A stretch of DNA of 62,186 bases, the filler included, from Globobulimina sp. (lineage: Eukaryota): the NCBI GenBank assembly GCA_003354225.1. It is 31 parts of 31 records of this genome, joined end to end, with 100 filler letters (N's around TTAATTAATTAA, not from the genome) between each part and the next. Parts side by side here need not be neighbours in the genome. Positions count along the whole stretch, not along the records: positions 24,125 to 26,034 come from PIVH01010679.1; positions 26,135 to 28,043 come from PIVH01010680.1; positions 28,144 to 30,052 come from PIVH01010681.1; positions 30,153 to 32,061 come from PIVH01010682.1; positions 32,162 to 34,070 come from PIVH01010683.1; positions 34,171 to 36,079 come from PIVH01010684.1; positions 36,180 to 38,088 come from PIVH01010685.1; positions 38,189 to 40,097 come from PIVH01010686.1; 23 more parts are not named here. One strand, 5' to 3'. The stretch's first letter is position 1. Every line of letters starts with the position of its first letter. Under the pieces are notes generated by a model. That model saw only the letters and a program-made list of their open reading frames with translations, had not been told where the DNA came from and searched no databases. Positions 25,291 through 38,252 of this stretch are shown piece after piece. The position numbers and the translations under genes are program-made.

Positions 25291-25932
25291 ATGGGTAACA
25301 AACAAATCAAGCATGAGGGCGGCAGGCGTAGTTTGGAGGAAATCATCAATAATTCACATTGTTACAAGGAATTAGAATTTGCGTGGCATTCAACCAAACA
25401 TGGAAGATACATACGATTTATTCAAGACAGGGTGAACTCGATCAAATCATATGGTCCGTGGGGTATAAGCATGCCGAGTTCATTAGTGATTTCTCGCAGT
25501 AATTGCATTGAGTATGAATTCACAATAAAGATCCATCAAAATTCACATAAAAATGGTAGTTCAATAATGATGGGATTTATTTTTCACCCATTAATTCTAA
25601 ATAATAACATCGATTATAATAATAACCTTAACATTGATAACGAGAAACAATTTATTTTCCAAATTGGTTATGGCAAAACCGGTGTGTTTAAATTTTACGG
25701 GGAAAATAAATTGATATCTGACACTATTACGTTACAATATGGCTTCAATAATGAGGATATATTTAAATTGCGAATAAATTTTAAAAAGGGCGATATTGAG
25801 TTATATTATAACGGTAAATTTATTGGAATTATCTTTAATGAAATACCGATAAATACGAAACTGATCCCCTGTGTTGCATTAAAAAATGCACAAATCTCGT
25901 TATTGACATCAAATTATATACCTGCACACTGA
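25291..25932 (+). CDS. SPRY-like domain protein with a possible N-myristoylation start (MGN)
   Basis: YEFTIKI, IMMGF, FNNEDIFKLRINFKKGDIELYYNG..IG, LIPCVAL. Confidence 0.7.
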   Translation: MGNKQIKHEGGRRSLEEIINNSHCYKELEFAWHSTKHGRYIRFIQDRVNSIKSYGPWGISMPSSLVISRSNCIEYEFTIKIHQNSHKNGSSIMMGFIFHPLILNNNIDYNNNLNIDNEKQFIFQIGYGKTGVFKFYGENKLISDTITLQYGFNNEDIFKLRINFKKGDIELYYNGKFIGIIFNEIPINTKLIPCVALKNAQISLLTSNYIPAH

Positions 25933-26134
25933 GAGTAGTGTTTGCTGGGTATTTGGTGTTTTGTTTTTTGTGTCTTTATTTTTTATTATTGAATTAATGG
26001 TTGCTAACACCGTTGCTTTACAAGTGCCATAAAANNNNNNNNNNNNNNNNNNNNNNNNNNNNNNNNNNNNNNNNNNNNTTAATTAATTAANNNNNNNNNN
26101 NNNNNNNNNNNNNNNNNNNNNNNNNNNNNNNNNN

Positions 26135-28043
26135 GATATATCTACAAAAACTGCAAATATTAAAAAACAAAGCCATTGATATCATTATTAGGACAATAAC
26201 ATCACGGAATGTATCAGGTTGGTTTATGAAGTGGCAAAATTATACACAACATCAATATAAATGTATTCGATCATTACGTAAGATAGCAAACACGCGACAA
26301 AGTAAACACATTTCGGATGGGTTTAAAATATGGAAATTGAGTGTTATGTATGCAAAACATGTGGAAACGCTAAAAACTAAAACAAATATGACGCAGAATA
26401 CTGTGGTGAGACTGATGGAATATAAAACAATGGAGCATAAAAAAAGAATGGCATTGACATTTTGGAAAAATAAAGCAAAGACTACGCATTCAACCAAATT
26501 GATTATGATTAAATACATTGAAAAGATGCGGAGAAATAATATTTGGTTTGCATGGAATAAATGGAACGGATACATTGAACAATGTAAAATTATGCAATTA
26601 AAACAATTGTATGATAATCACGCAAACAAATTGATGCTATTTACACTGCGAAAAAATAGAAAATCCGAGAGGATGAGAGTTATGTTTTTAAAATGGAGAA
26701 ATAATATGATTCATAACCAGTTATTAGCAAAATCGTTGTTAAATATTATGGCATTGAATAAAACAAAGTATTTAATATTTGGAATGCGTGCATGGAAAAA
26801 GAATGTGTTTTGTGATAAAATAGCGGAGAAAAAAAAGCATATTCGTAAATTAAAAAACTATGCAAAATCAAAGGAGGAACAAAAGAAAGAATTCCAACGC
26901 AAATTGAAGAAAAAAACCATATATTTATATCTAAAAATGCAATCGCGAAATAAATGCGGCAGGTTTTTCTTTAAATGGATGCATTTTAAACAACAACAAA
27001 TCAAAAAGAAGCAATTATTGTATCGGTGTTTGAATCAATGCGAGCAATGCATAAAAACGCAGTGTATAAAAACATGGAGGTTGACCTGTACCAAATTAGT
27101 GCACAATGATACATTATGCGGATTAAAGCAACAATTCAGTCAATATTCAACATCCAATGTAACCAAACAAAAAACAATGAAAGTATTTTTTTCATGGAAA
27201 CGGTATACCATTCATTCACTGTCAACCACGGACAGTTTAATGCGCTCATTGCCGATTTATAGGCGACAAATGCAAAGACAGTCACTTCGTAAATGGCAAT
27301 CATGGATAAAATGTATGGATGTTCATAGGGAGTTGACTGAAATAAATAAATTAAGAGTGTCATTCGTGGAGTTACAACAGCAAAATAAAAACATCTGTAT
27401 ACAGCAACGATATATTAAAATATGGACAATGCATATATTACGTATCAAAAACCAGCGTGTTTGGTTGCAAAAATGCGTGCAATCACAGTATAAATCAGTC
27501 ACCAAACAATGTTTATTTGTATGGAAGCAGAAAATGAATGCAATCATCAATAAACAAGATCAGATTAAACAGGACAGGGTAATCAAAGCAGTGCGATCGG
27601 TGTTTGCCAGGAAGTTCTTTCAAAACAAACAACAATTAATATTGCGGCAGGTTCTGTGCAAATGGAAAACGACAATGCGTGAAAGTAAGGAGAGGAGGCG
27701 TAGCAAAATGCAGTTCATTGTAAATAAACGATATAATGATATTTTATATTATGCCATGGATGAATGGAAGCGGCAAGTTACAAAACAAAAGAAATTGGAC
27801 GAAGTGAGGCAATATTTGGTGAGAAAAGTTATATTTTCATCATTTAAACACTGGATTAATGTCACCGGGATGGAAAAACAGAAACGAGTATGTTTGATGC
27901 GATGTATTCACATAAATAGTGATGTCAATGCAAAATATGCTATGTTGCAATGGTATAAAATAGTAAACACTTCAATTAAAACGGATTTCCAACAAACGTT
28001 ACGAAAGCAAAAGATGGACTGTCTAAAAAACGTAAAATCTTTG
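26135..28043 (+). CDS. Sfi1-like centrin-binding repeat protein, internal fragment
   Basis: Basic helical ORF with regularly recurring F/L-x2-W motifs (FKIWK, WNKWN, FLKWR, FFKWM, FFSWK, LCKWK, FKHWI). Confidence 0.7.
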
Positions 28044-28143
28044 NNNNNNNNNNNNNNNNNNNNNNNNNNNNNNNNNNNNNNNNNNNNTTAATTAATTAAN
28101 NNNNNNNNNNNNNNNNNNNNNNNNNNNNNNNNNNNNNNNNNNN

Positions 28144-28674
28144 ATAGAATCTGAAGTATTTCCAACCAAATCCAAGTATGACGCAGCATTGGATTCAAAT
28201 GAGATGGACTGGCAAAAACAGACTGAAACACTGACAATTCCCCGTAATGAGTCCTCCTTTGCCCACGTCATTGAAATGTATAAACACTTCATATTGCCGC
28301 AAGTCATAAATAATTGGAAATGTAAACTATTATTCTTATCACATTGTGATGGCGGCAATGACATAATTAATTTGTTGGAAACGCAGCAAGATTCACATAA
28401 ACATATTATAGGTATTGCAATGTTAGATTTTTATAATTGGTCACTGCAAGAATTTACAAAAAAAACAAAGCAAATTATTGAACAGAAAGCGGCCATTTAT
28501 ATGAGTTTGTATGGCTCAAATGAGAGTGCCTACGGTTTGGAGCCGTCTGCTGCAAAATCTCCTGTTACAATATTTCGCACTGCAAATAAAGAAAAAAGAT
28601 ATTCACCATGTTATAATACAGAATCTGTTATTAGATTTTTTAAATCTAAAATTGAGCTCCATAAACAAAAATAA
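28144..28674 (+). CDS. C-terminal part of a hypothetical alpha/beta protein
   Basis: Open frame from the contig start, followed by a T-rich 3' region. Confidence 0.5.
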   Translation: MESEVFPTKSKYDAALDSNEMDWQKQTETLTIPRNESSFAHVIEMYKHFILPQVINNWKCKLLFLSHCDGGNDIINLLETQQDSHKHIIGIAMLDFYNWSLQEFTKKTKQIIEQKAAIYMSLYGSNESAYGLEPSAAKSPVTIFRTANKEKRYSPCYNTESVIRFFKSKIELHKQK

Positions 28675-28993
28675 TTATATTTATTATTCTTTCTTTTTCT
28701 TTTTCTTTTTCTTTCTCACCTTAATTGACTTTTTATGTTCACACTTCTAAACACTTCTTTTGTGATTGGCAAGTAATATCATCAACATATACAATATGAG
28801 ACACAGGCATAGACTATGCCATAGTGACTATTTGCAAGGTGTTTGATATTAAAGATCAGTATTATACAAAATCTCAAAACAAAGTGAAAGTATATTATAT
28901 AATGTTATAATGTTAACCACGTGCAATTGCCACGAATAATTACAATTGCGTGGTGTGATGATCGTTTTGAGTTTTTTTTGAAGTGAATTTGTA

Positions 28994-29473
28994 ATGCTGT
29001 CTCGTTTTCGGTGTCATGGGTCACGACATTTAGTAAATAGTAATGTCCGTAATATGTTGAGAATAAAATCTAAAGTATATTGTTATGACAATACAGGCGC
29101 TAAAATGTTGGAAGTGATTGGGCCGTGTCAGCGACATCCGTTGGCAGATGTAAATATGGGAAGAGCGTTCATTGCAATCGTCAAAAAATGTACAACGGGC
29201 AGAGATGTTCAAAGAAAACAAATAGTCAAAGGCTTATTGGTTACTGCGAAAAAAAAAAGACGTAGATTGGATGGGTCGTTTATTCAATTTAATCAAAATA
29301 GGGCCATTTTGCTTAAAAAAGCAACAAAAGAACAATTAAAAGCAAGTAAAGCTTCGGCGAGATGGGCCACAAAAACAGAACCATTGGGGTCGAAAATTAA
29401 AACAGCAATTCCCTTGGAATTAAGGCAAAAACGATTCAAAAAAATTACTCTTTTTTCAGGAAATGTGTATTGA
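28994..29473 (+). CDS. MRPL14: Mitochondrial ribosomal protein uL14m
   Basis: Arg-rich transit peptide, DNTGAK, RRLDGSFIQFNQNRAILL, PLGSKI..IPLELR. Confidence 0.9.
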   Translation: MLSRFRCHGSRHLVNSNVRNMLRIKSKVYCYDNTGAKMLEVIGPCQRHPLADVNMGRAFIAIVKKCTTGRDVQRKQIVKGLLVTAKKKRRRLDGSFIQFNQNRAILLKKATKEQLKASKASARWATKTEPLGSKIKTAIPLELRQKRFKKITLFSGNVY

Positions 29474-29577
29474 ATTTTTTCCTGAAATTTCATTAAATTT
29501 AAGAAATGAATCACAATCTTAATAATTAGATACAATAACAATAAAAATAAAAATAACAATGTTTTTTTTTTTTATGA

Positions 29578-30052
29578 TTACAAGTCTTGATTTAATATAA
29601 ATCGGTTCCCTTCAGATTCGCGTCCGTCATATTTTATTCTGCCTTTACCCAAAAAAGCAGCGGGTTTAACGTTTTTATATGGTGAGACATCTTCGTTATA
29701 TTCGTCTTCAATGACATCTTGAACATCTTTTAATTGCTCTTGCGATGGTTTGGCGACAATTAAATATTTTCCACGTTTCATGGCTTCTTTGCGTTCTTTT
29801 AATTGCACCGGTTCTGTATCTAAATATGTCACATGCGGTAAATGATAAATTACTGTCAATCGATATCTTTTATGTAATTGTTCCGTCGATGCGTCCATCG
29901 TTGGACAAATTGGATTAAATAAAAGTGATAAATATTCTAAATTGGAACACTATGTTATGTTATGATTAATTATTATTATATTAATAATGTATCAATTCGC
30001 ATATTCGCAGAATATCAGTAATGTCATACCTGTTTCTTTAATATTAATAGCA
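29578..30052 (-). CDS. LRMDA: LRMDA/C10orf11-like LRR protein, 5' truncated
   Basis: LEYLSLLFNPICP, YRLTVIYHLPHVTYLD (LRRcap), terminal YDGRESEGNRFILNQDL; intron 29950-30029. Confidence 0.8.
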
Positions 30053-30481
30053 NNNNNNNNNNNNNNNNNNNNNNNNNNNNNNNNNNNNNNNNNNNNTTAA
30101 TTAATTAANNNNNNNNNNNNNNNNNNNNNNNNNNNNNNNNNNNNNNNNNNNNAGGTTCTGAAACGAAGGGGATCGACGACATGATTTTGACAAAAACAGT
30201 CTTTTTAAAACAAAAGTATAGGGTGAGAGTCTTTGCAAAACATGGTGTCCCTGCTTATGTTTTGATACGAACAAAACAGAACCAATCATAATTTTTATTT
30301 GTTATATATTATATATTTTGAATCATTCACGAATTGGGAATACGTGCGCTGTTTTGTTGAGTGGTAGGTATCGGATTTTCATTTTTTTCATCGATAATGG
30401 TCGATTGATTGATTTGATTTGCTAATATCTGACACAGTTTTGAACTGAAAACAAATTGTGTAAATACAATACAGCACAAAC

Positions 30482-31566
30482 ATGAAAGCTCTGCGCTTAT
30501 CAATCCATAAACCATCATCTAATCAATCCTATAATGCCCAGTCATTGGCCAACCTCTTCCACCTATCGCACCGTCACAAAGTTGCCAATCCACGATACAG
30601 TCGTTCCAGACAACAGGTGGAAAAAATGGATTTCCGAAAGGCTAATCTCGGTCAATTTGAGCAATCTGGGCATGAAGATCCAAATTATCAAAATCTCGAC
30701 TTTACATTGCCAGAAAGTCAATTCCTTCGAGATATCGACAGTGAGTTACTGCAAAACACATATGTTGAATATAACCATCATTGGATGAAGAATTTTATTA
30801 AATTCACAGACGCAGAATTTGAATCTTTTGACACTAAAAAAGAAAGCAGCAGCACAGAGACCAGCGGCTATGCGAGAATGCCCGAAACGGATTCGAATGA
30901 AATCTCGCAATCATTAAAATATTTGGACGAATGGAAAAGGAGTCTAAAACAGAAACGTTTGGAGGACGACTACCAGGTCAAACTAGCAAATGGCTCAATA
31001 GTGGCATACAGCGAATATCTGTCAAAGCTAAACGACAATGAAAAGGACCAACATTACACTCCAAAGCAAATGGCGGCGATCAAACGGCACAATGAGTGGC
31101 ATAAAAGGGAGCCCATTCATGATGAATATGGTATGTTTGATTAAAATATTCTGGAAATTTATTGATTCACAAACAAGAAAAAGGGAGATCGCACGGAGAG
31201 GGAAAAAGGAAGACTGCCAAAGCAGAGGCCATGGTCTATGAAGGGGACGGCAGCATATTTATAAATGGCAAACATTATTCACAGTACTTCCATAACTATG
31301 TGGATCGCATCAATGTAATGATACCGTTTTTGGTGAGTGACATGGATCGCAAATTAAATGCTTGGTGCAAAGTGGTCGGAGGTGGCGATTCTGGCAAAAG
31401 TGGAGCTATTCGAGAAGGCATAGCGAGAGCACTGGCAAACTATGACCCGAAATTGTATCCGGTGCTGTATGCGTACAGGTTGACTGTGCGCGATTGGCGG
31501 AAAAAGGAGAGAAAGAAAAGTGGCAGACCGAGAGCAAGGAAGTCTGTCATGTGGAAGGCGCGATAA
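30482..31566 (+). CDS. MRPS9: Mitochondrial ribosomal protein uS9m (2 exons)
   Basis: Intron from 31131 to 31177 or 31183 (both in frame). GKRKTAKA, GDGSIFING, GGGDSGKSGAIREGIARAL, RDWRKKERKK..RARK..WKAR. Confidence 0.92.
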
Positions 31567-31597
31567 TTGACGCACATTGACATAAACTATTCGCCAC

Positions 31598-32061
31598 TTA
31601 CATATAATCAGAGTCTGTGTCGGCAGCCCAGCCGCCTTCAGCCGAAATGCCTCCATCAATCACTATATTTGCACCAGTCATAAAGCCACACTTTCCAGTA
31701 CACACAAAATGTATAAGATTTGCAACTTCATCTGGTTCGCCCAACCGTTTTGTTGGATATTTCTCAGATACTTCACTTAAGGGCTTATTCAATTCCTTGT
31801 AAACACTCCTTACCAGAGACGTTAATATGGTCCCAGGACTGATTGAATTTACTCTGATTAACGGCGCATATTCCAATGCCTAATTACATAATTATATGTA
31901 TATAAATACAATTTAATTCAATTGTGTATAATAAATACCATATTTTTTGTCAAGGCTAACACTCCACCTTTTGAAGCAGTATATGCTCCGACACCTTTTT
32001 CTGACTGCATTCCCAAAACAGAAGCGAAATTGACAATGCTATACGGCGTTTGTGGCAGACT
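31598..32061 (-). CDS. Short-chain dehydrogenase/reductase, C-terminal half
   Basis: IVNFAS, YTASK (YxxxK), IRVNSISPG, RLGEPDEVA, MTGANIVIDGG; intron 31880-31938. Confidence 0.93.
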
Positions 32062-32161
32062 NNNNNNNNNNNNNNNNNNNNNNNNNNNNNNNNNNNNNNN
32101 NNNNNTTAATTAATTAANNNNNNNNNNNNNNNNNNNNNNNNNNNNNNNNNNNNNNNNNNNN

Positions 32162-34044
32162 ATACTAGATTAAAAATTGATTTAAATAAGATCCAATCCA
32201 TGAAATTAAAAGCAATCAAATTAGCAAAATCCAAATATAATGAACGCATAAATAAATATATTCAAACTTGTAAAGATTATGGCCGCCGTTTCTGGCGAAC
32301 CATATCAAACAATAAAACAAACGATACAAATACAAATAACATTCCCCCACTAAATTTTAAAAATAAATCGAACATAATTGACCCTCACAAACAAGCTAAA
32401 GCGTTACAAGAGGCCATGACTAGACCTCCAAAGCCAAAAGCAAGCCCAATACATAATAAATGGCATGATTATATAAATAAATTTGTCCCTGAATATCTAA
32501 AGAAACATAAAAAATCCCCAATAATTGACCAAAATGATATATATAATATAAAAAATGATAAAATTAAACAAAATAATAACTCCAAAATTCGAGACCCATC
32601 ACAAATAAATACTTCTCTCCCAATTCCAAATAATGAGTATAAATTATTAAATGACCCAATCCTTAAATATGAGATTCGCTCAGTAATTAAAGACCTAAAA
32701 ACACATAAAGCATATGGACCGGATCGAATCCATAACCAAATGATCAAACACGGCGGTGAGCCACTCATTGAATGCCTAATTCCACTGTTTAACAAATGTA
32801 TGGCAACAGGAGTATTCCCAAATTATTGGAATTTCTCCCACTTACTGCCAATACCAAAACCAAATAAAGACCACAGTAACCCGAAGAACTACAGACCCAT
32901 TGCAGTCTCTTCGTGTCTTGGTAGAGTTTTTGAAAAAATTCTAGCTAAACGACTACAACATTTTTGTGTGGCGAATAGAATTTTTGATAATTTCCAATGT
33001 GGATTTCAAATAAACAGATGCTGCGATGATGTGCTAACAACTTTTATAACAGACATACAAACATCTTTTGATATGGTCAGTGATACTGACGTTGTATTTA
33101 CTGACTTCTCCAAAGCCTACGACAGTGTATGGCATAATGGATTGCTCTATAAATTAATCAAAAATAATATAAAAGGCAATATTTTAAATGTTCTGGCGTC
33201 ATTTATTCAAACAAGATATACAAAAGTCATTGCCAAGAAAGCAGAGTCAAACTGGGTTGCTCAGCCAATTGGCGTTCCCCAAGGATCTGCTCTATCCCCT
33301 ATATTATATATCCTTTTTACAAATGATTTCGCGCTTAAATTTCCAAATTATGTCCATTTTGCGTGTTTCGCGGATGACACAGCTTTTTGGACCAGCCCTG
33401 GCTCAAAAGACCCCCTCCGATATAAGTTCCTCCAAAAAGAATTAAATAATTTCGGTGATTGGTGTGATAAATGGCAATTAATGATAAATCCGTCAAAATG
33501 CTCTTCAATGAACTTTTCCCACAGTAATCCTATCAAATACTATCCTAAATATACAAATAAAATTGAACTAAACACAAATAAACCAATCCGTATAAGTAAA
33601 TATGTTATACATTCCATCCCAATTAAGTATGAGCCAACAGCTAGATATCTGGGAATATGGTTTGATGATCGTCTTAATTTCCATGCTCATTTTGCTAAAA
33701 TAAGAGCCAAAACAATGCGTAGTTATTGGCGGCTATTTTTTACGATAAAATCAGGCATAAAACTCTCACCAACGTCCATAGCGATCCTTTATAAATCATT
33801 GGCACGCTCCAGAATGGAGTATGGATTATGCCATTACTTCCCCTATGACTCCAAACAATTATTAAAAGTGCTCCAAAATAAATTCCTCCGACTGGCTATT
33901 CCCTGCAGATTGGATACACCAATAGATATACTCCAATTTCTTCTAAAAATAGAGCCAATCCAACATAGAGCCCATTACCTAACAATGAGACAACTGGCAA
34001 GAGTCTACTACAGTAGTGTTCCGGATACGAGGTACGCATATTAG
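32162..34044 (+). mobile_element. Non-LTR retrotransposon (LINE) reverse transcriptase, intact frame, partial
   Basis: KAYGPDRI, NYRPIAVSSCLGRVFEK, QCGF, DFSKAYDSVWH, GVPQGSALSP, FADD, RYLGIWFD. Confidence 0.95.
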
Positions 34045-34231
34045 TACTAAAATATATATTTTATCTAATCNNNNNNNNNNNNNNNNNNNNNNNNNNNNNN
34101 NNNNNNNNNNNNNNTTAATTAATTAANNNNNNNNNNNNNNNNNNNNNNNNNNNNNNNNNNNNNNNNNNNNTTTTTTTATTGCTGTTTATTCTAAAAAATC
34201 AATTAGAATTATATGTCATTCCATTTATTTA

Positions 34232-35841
34232 TTATTTTGATCTTCCCGCCGGTCTTGCAGCTCCTTTTGAGAATGCTTGATAATACAAAGCAGCGAAAGT
34301 AATAAACATTCCGAACATTCCAGTCGAGGTTAAATCATGTCCATAATACAAAATCGAGATAATGACCGAGCACATCATTCTGGTGGTCATAACCGTGGCA
34401 AATTTCATCGCCCCAAATGTCTGTATGGTATAAAATATCAAAACCTGTCCAAATCCCGCACATAAGCCCATTATCAATGAATGTAACACTATCATCGAAT
34501 GTGCCATATAAAATTCATAAATGTCAAATAAATCGCGTGCAGTGAAACAAAACGACACAACAAAGGTGAAGGCATTCACAGATTGCATCATTTCTAATGG
34601 TCCAATTCCAGTTTGTTTGAATATACGTTGCTGCCAATTGGATGTGAATGCATCGCAAAAGGCATAGCCAGATATCAACGCTAAACCTAAATAAAAATAC
34701 ATTCCTAAATCACTCTGATCGTCCGATGCATCCTTGTCTTTCTCCTGTTTTTGGGCACTCAAAAATATATAGACTCCTACAGCCACAACTATTGCGTTCA
34801 AGTATTTCTTGATCGGAAACGTTTTCTTCAAAACAACTTTGCCGACAGCCATCGTGATCAATATCTTGGAGGATTTGAAGATAGTCTGTACAGGAAATGT
34901 CACATAATGCAAGGCTTCGTATTGGAACCATGAGGACGACATATTGGACAATGCGCATAATGAGACTACATACGGCGGCGCCTTATTACCGGAGGGTTTT
35001 TTCCATCGCAATACAACAGTCGAGACTAATAAACCAAAGAATCTGTTTAGCATTACACAGAAAGAACTGTACTTAAACCACGAAGACTCATCGTTTTCGT
35101 CGCCATAGGGATGTCCCATGATTCTCTCCTGCATGAATCCCCAGGTTAAGTATGCTATTAATAAACCAATACAGCAGACTAATAATGTGCTGTTTTCGTT
35201 GCCGAATAGCAAGGTACGGCTCGGCGGAGTGCTTTTTACTGCCACCGGTGGTGGAGGAGCTTCCTCTGTTTTTGTTTCAATATCAGCGTTATCTATAAAT
35301 AGGTAGAAAGGAATTAAATATGGATATGATTTATGGGGGGATATACGTACCGTTTTCGGCACCGACTGTGCTGGGTATGACCGTTGGTTTTAATGGTTGG
35401 GCTTCTGTATCATCAGCCACTGCTTCATTCATTCCTTGTTGTTGCATTTGTATGGTATGTGGTTGCTGGTAAAACCATCGGAGCAATGGTATGCGGCGTA
35501 TGAATGATACTAATGAGGTGCCTTGGGCACTATCATGAGGTCTGCTGTATATATAACATGAGAAAGTGCACCATAATGTTGCAAAGATACTAAATGTCAT
35601 CAAAAAGGTCATTGTGCGAGACACATCATTTTGTAATCTGGCATCGGCATCAGTTTCCTCTTCCGATCCACTGAGAGCCAGTAATTGTCTGGATGTGGAT
35701 TTTAGGAATGGATCAAATGCAGCCAATGTATAGAAATCACTAAGTATTTGTTACATGATATTTGAAGTTTTGAATATCGACAAGTTCAAATAAAATGGAT
35801 TAGCTACTAAACAGGGTTACAAAAGGATTATTAGTCGCCAT
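34232..35841 (-). CDS. SLC35B2: PAPS transporter / UAA-family nucleotide-sugar transporter (SLC35B2-like)
   Basis: YLTWGFMQERIM, SNMSSSWFQYEALHYVTFPVQTIFKSSK, DAFTSNWQ, GQVLIFYTIQTFG. Intron 35293-35350; the first exon near 35841 is inferred. Confidence 0.88.
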
Positions 35842-36411
35842 TTAAATCTTAAAGTTTTTGAAATGAAGGGTACAAAATGAAACAAATCGAGTGGCTTTTG
35901 GGATGTCTGAGAAGTTGATATTGCATAATATAATAATAAGGAAAACATAATTGTCTTTTTTTTTTGATGTTGAAAAAAAGGTTTTAATGACAAATGGCAA
36001 GAAATTAGAAATACGTACGGCAAACCTTAAAGTAGAGCGTCTGTCTTTGTACCAATTGTGCTGTAAATACCATTAATATNNNNNNNNNNNNNNNNNNNNN
36101 NNNNNNNNNNNNNNNNNNNNNNNTTAATTAATTAANNNNNNNNNNNNNNNNNNNNNNNNNNNNNNNNNNNNNNNNNNNNTATGCATCGTATAGACACTGT
36201 GAAAAATGCGAGGGGTTGGGTTCGGGAATTGGAACGTAGGAGAAGTAGTGAGGAAAGTTTTTTATATGATATTTAAATTGTTTTTGTGCACGCTACTCAC
36301 TTGAGTCCACTTCGTTCATTTGTAATAACTCGAATCAGTTTATTTTTACAAAACAATGATATTATTGTAGCCACATGTTATTGATGTAATCATTACGTCA
36401 ATGTTTAAAGC

Positions 36412-38088
36412 ATGAATCAGATTCAACTCATGCCACTGTCATTAAAACATTTCTCTCCCTCTCCAACGTACTTGCAAATGGATGATGGTCAGGCCGCTAC
36501 ATCGCGTCTACAAACAGGTAAAGATAACGTAAATTCGAATAAAAACAATTCCGACATTTCTGTTTACATTCGATGTGGCTCAGAAACAACCAGTATTTCA
36601 GAACAATGCGTTAAAATATTACCAGAACAAACATCGCTGGCTGTCAATAAAGAAAAATCAAATGGATTATCATCAATGGAGATGTATGATGCAAAATACA
36701 TATTTGACAATAAAACAACTGATAATGATAAAATATTTGATAGTGTTTGTGATAAATATTTACAACAAATCCTGGAATTGGAACAAGAGTCAAAATCGGT
36801 TAATGATGAGGATGATGATACGTTATTTCATCCTATATTCATAACATTTGGGCAAACAAATACAGGCAAAACACATTCGATCATCGGTAATGTTGACGAA
36901 ATTGCAGAAAACGGATTAAATGGTATTTTAGTGCAGTTTGTGTCAAAATTATTGATTTTATTTGAAACCCAGTTACACAAAGCATGCAATATAAAAATAT
37001 GTGGTTTAGAAGAATATGGTCAATCTGTAAACACATTGAAATTATATGATTTATTTGCAAAATTCAAAAATAAAAACAACTTATTTGAAGAGCTAATCGG
37101 TTCTCCTCCGTCCAAAACCAAAAACTCCCGACCCACTTTTGTAGACATTGAAGACATTAAACATTTAGAAAAATTAATGGCCGATGGATGTGAAGCAATA
37201 CATTGCGGTTTATTTGATAATAAAATCGTATCATGCGGTCATTGTTTATTCCAATTAAAAATAAACCACAAATATGTCATTTCATTTTTTGACCTTTCGG
37301 GCTATCATCCGAGTCACAACTTGGATAATAACGTAATTCCATCAAATCTGACATTAAATCAATTCATTAAAATGTTGTTTCATCATCACAGCAATAATGA
37401 ATCAATGTATATTCCCACCCAATCGATTGGATTGATTCCCAATTTACAAAATGTATTATTGCAAAACAGTGATATTGTGTTTTTATTACATATTTCAGAT
37501 CGAAAAAGTGATTTGCAACATACATTAAAAACACTTGAGATCGCCACAATGTTCGCCAATCATAATAATAATAAAACAAATAGCAAACAAGCAATCGAAT
37601 TAAATTCCTCTATTATCGAAGATGACGAATATGAAATGGATGAAGAAGAAGAAACAGTTACAAATGAAAAATGTGATTTGATGTTCAGTCCTCCGCCAAA
37701 GATAAGAATGAGAAAATCGCACAGAGCCTCCAGCATTTTATTGAATAATGTTAAAAATAATATTGATAAAATACCAATTAAGTCACGAACACAATTATCG
37801 TCAATGCCGTTGGAGATATTACAACTAAAAAAATCAAAAAGCAATTTTGAGAAAACGTTTCTTGTTCCATTAGGATTTTCAACTTATGATTGCTTTCTGG
37901 TACAAAGGGAAAATCAACAAAATCGCTTAGAATTACATTTGAAAACAAACAAATCGAAGTTTTATATCATTATTGATAATTTACATAAATTTAAAAATTG
38001 GGTACAATCAGAAATTGGTACCGGTCCCGATATTGTTCCTAATCGTATTGAAGAAGAAGAAGAGAAACAGGAAGAAGTTGGTGATACA
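36412..38088 (+). CDS. Highly divergent kinesin motor-like protein
   Basis: ISVYIR, FITFGQTNTGKTHSIIG (P-loop), LYDL, GHCLF, FFDLSG, TLKTLEIA, in kinesin motif order. Confidence 0.8.
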
Positions 38089-38252
38089 NNNNNNNNNNNN
38101 NNNNNNNNNNNNNNNNNNNNNNNNNNNNNNNNTTAATTAATTAANNNNNNNNNNNNNNNNNNNNNNNNNNNNNNNNNNNNNNNNNNNNCAAACATTAACA
38201 ATCAATGATATGGGACATGAGACAATCGATGATAAGGGGAAAAACAATAAAA

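Noticed and set aside
28189-28674. LLFLSHCDG as a caspase-like His motif
   Set aside because: No convincing catalytic Cys motif follows.
28994-31566. uL14 and uS9 as a ribosomal protein operon
   Set aside because: They are on separate contigs, both have presequences, and uS9 has an intron.
36181-36276. NARGWVRELER, reminiscent of a Rab helix
   Set aside because: About 30 codons at a contig edge with no G-box motifs.
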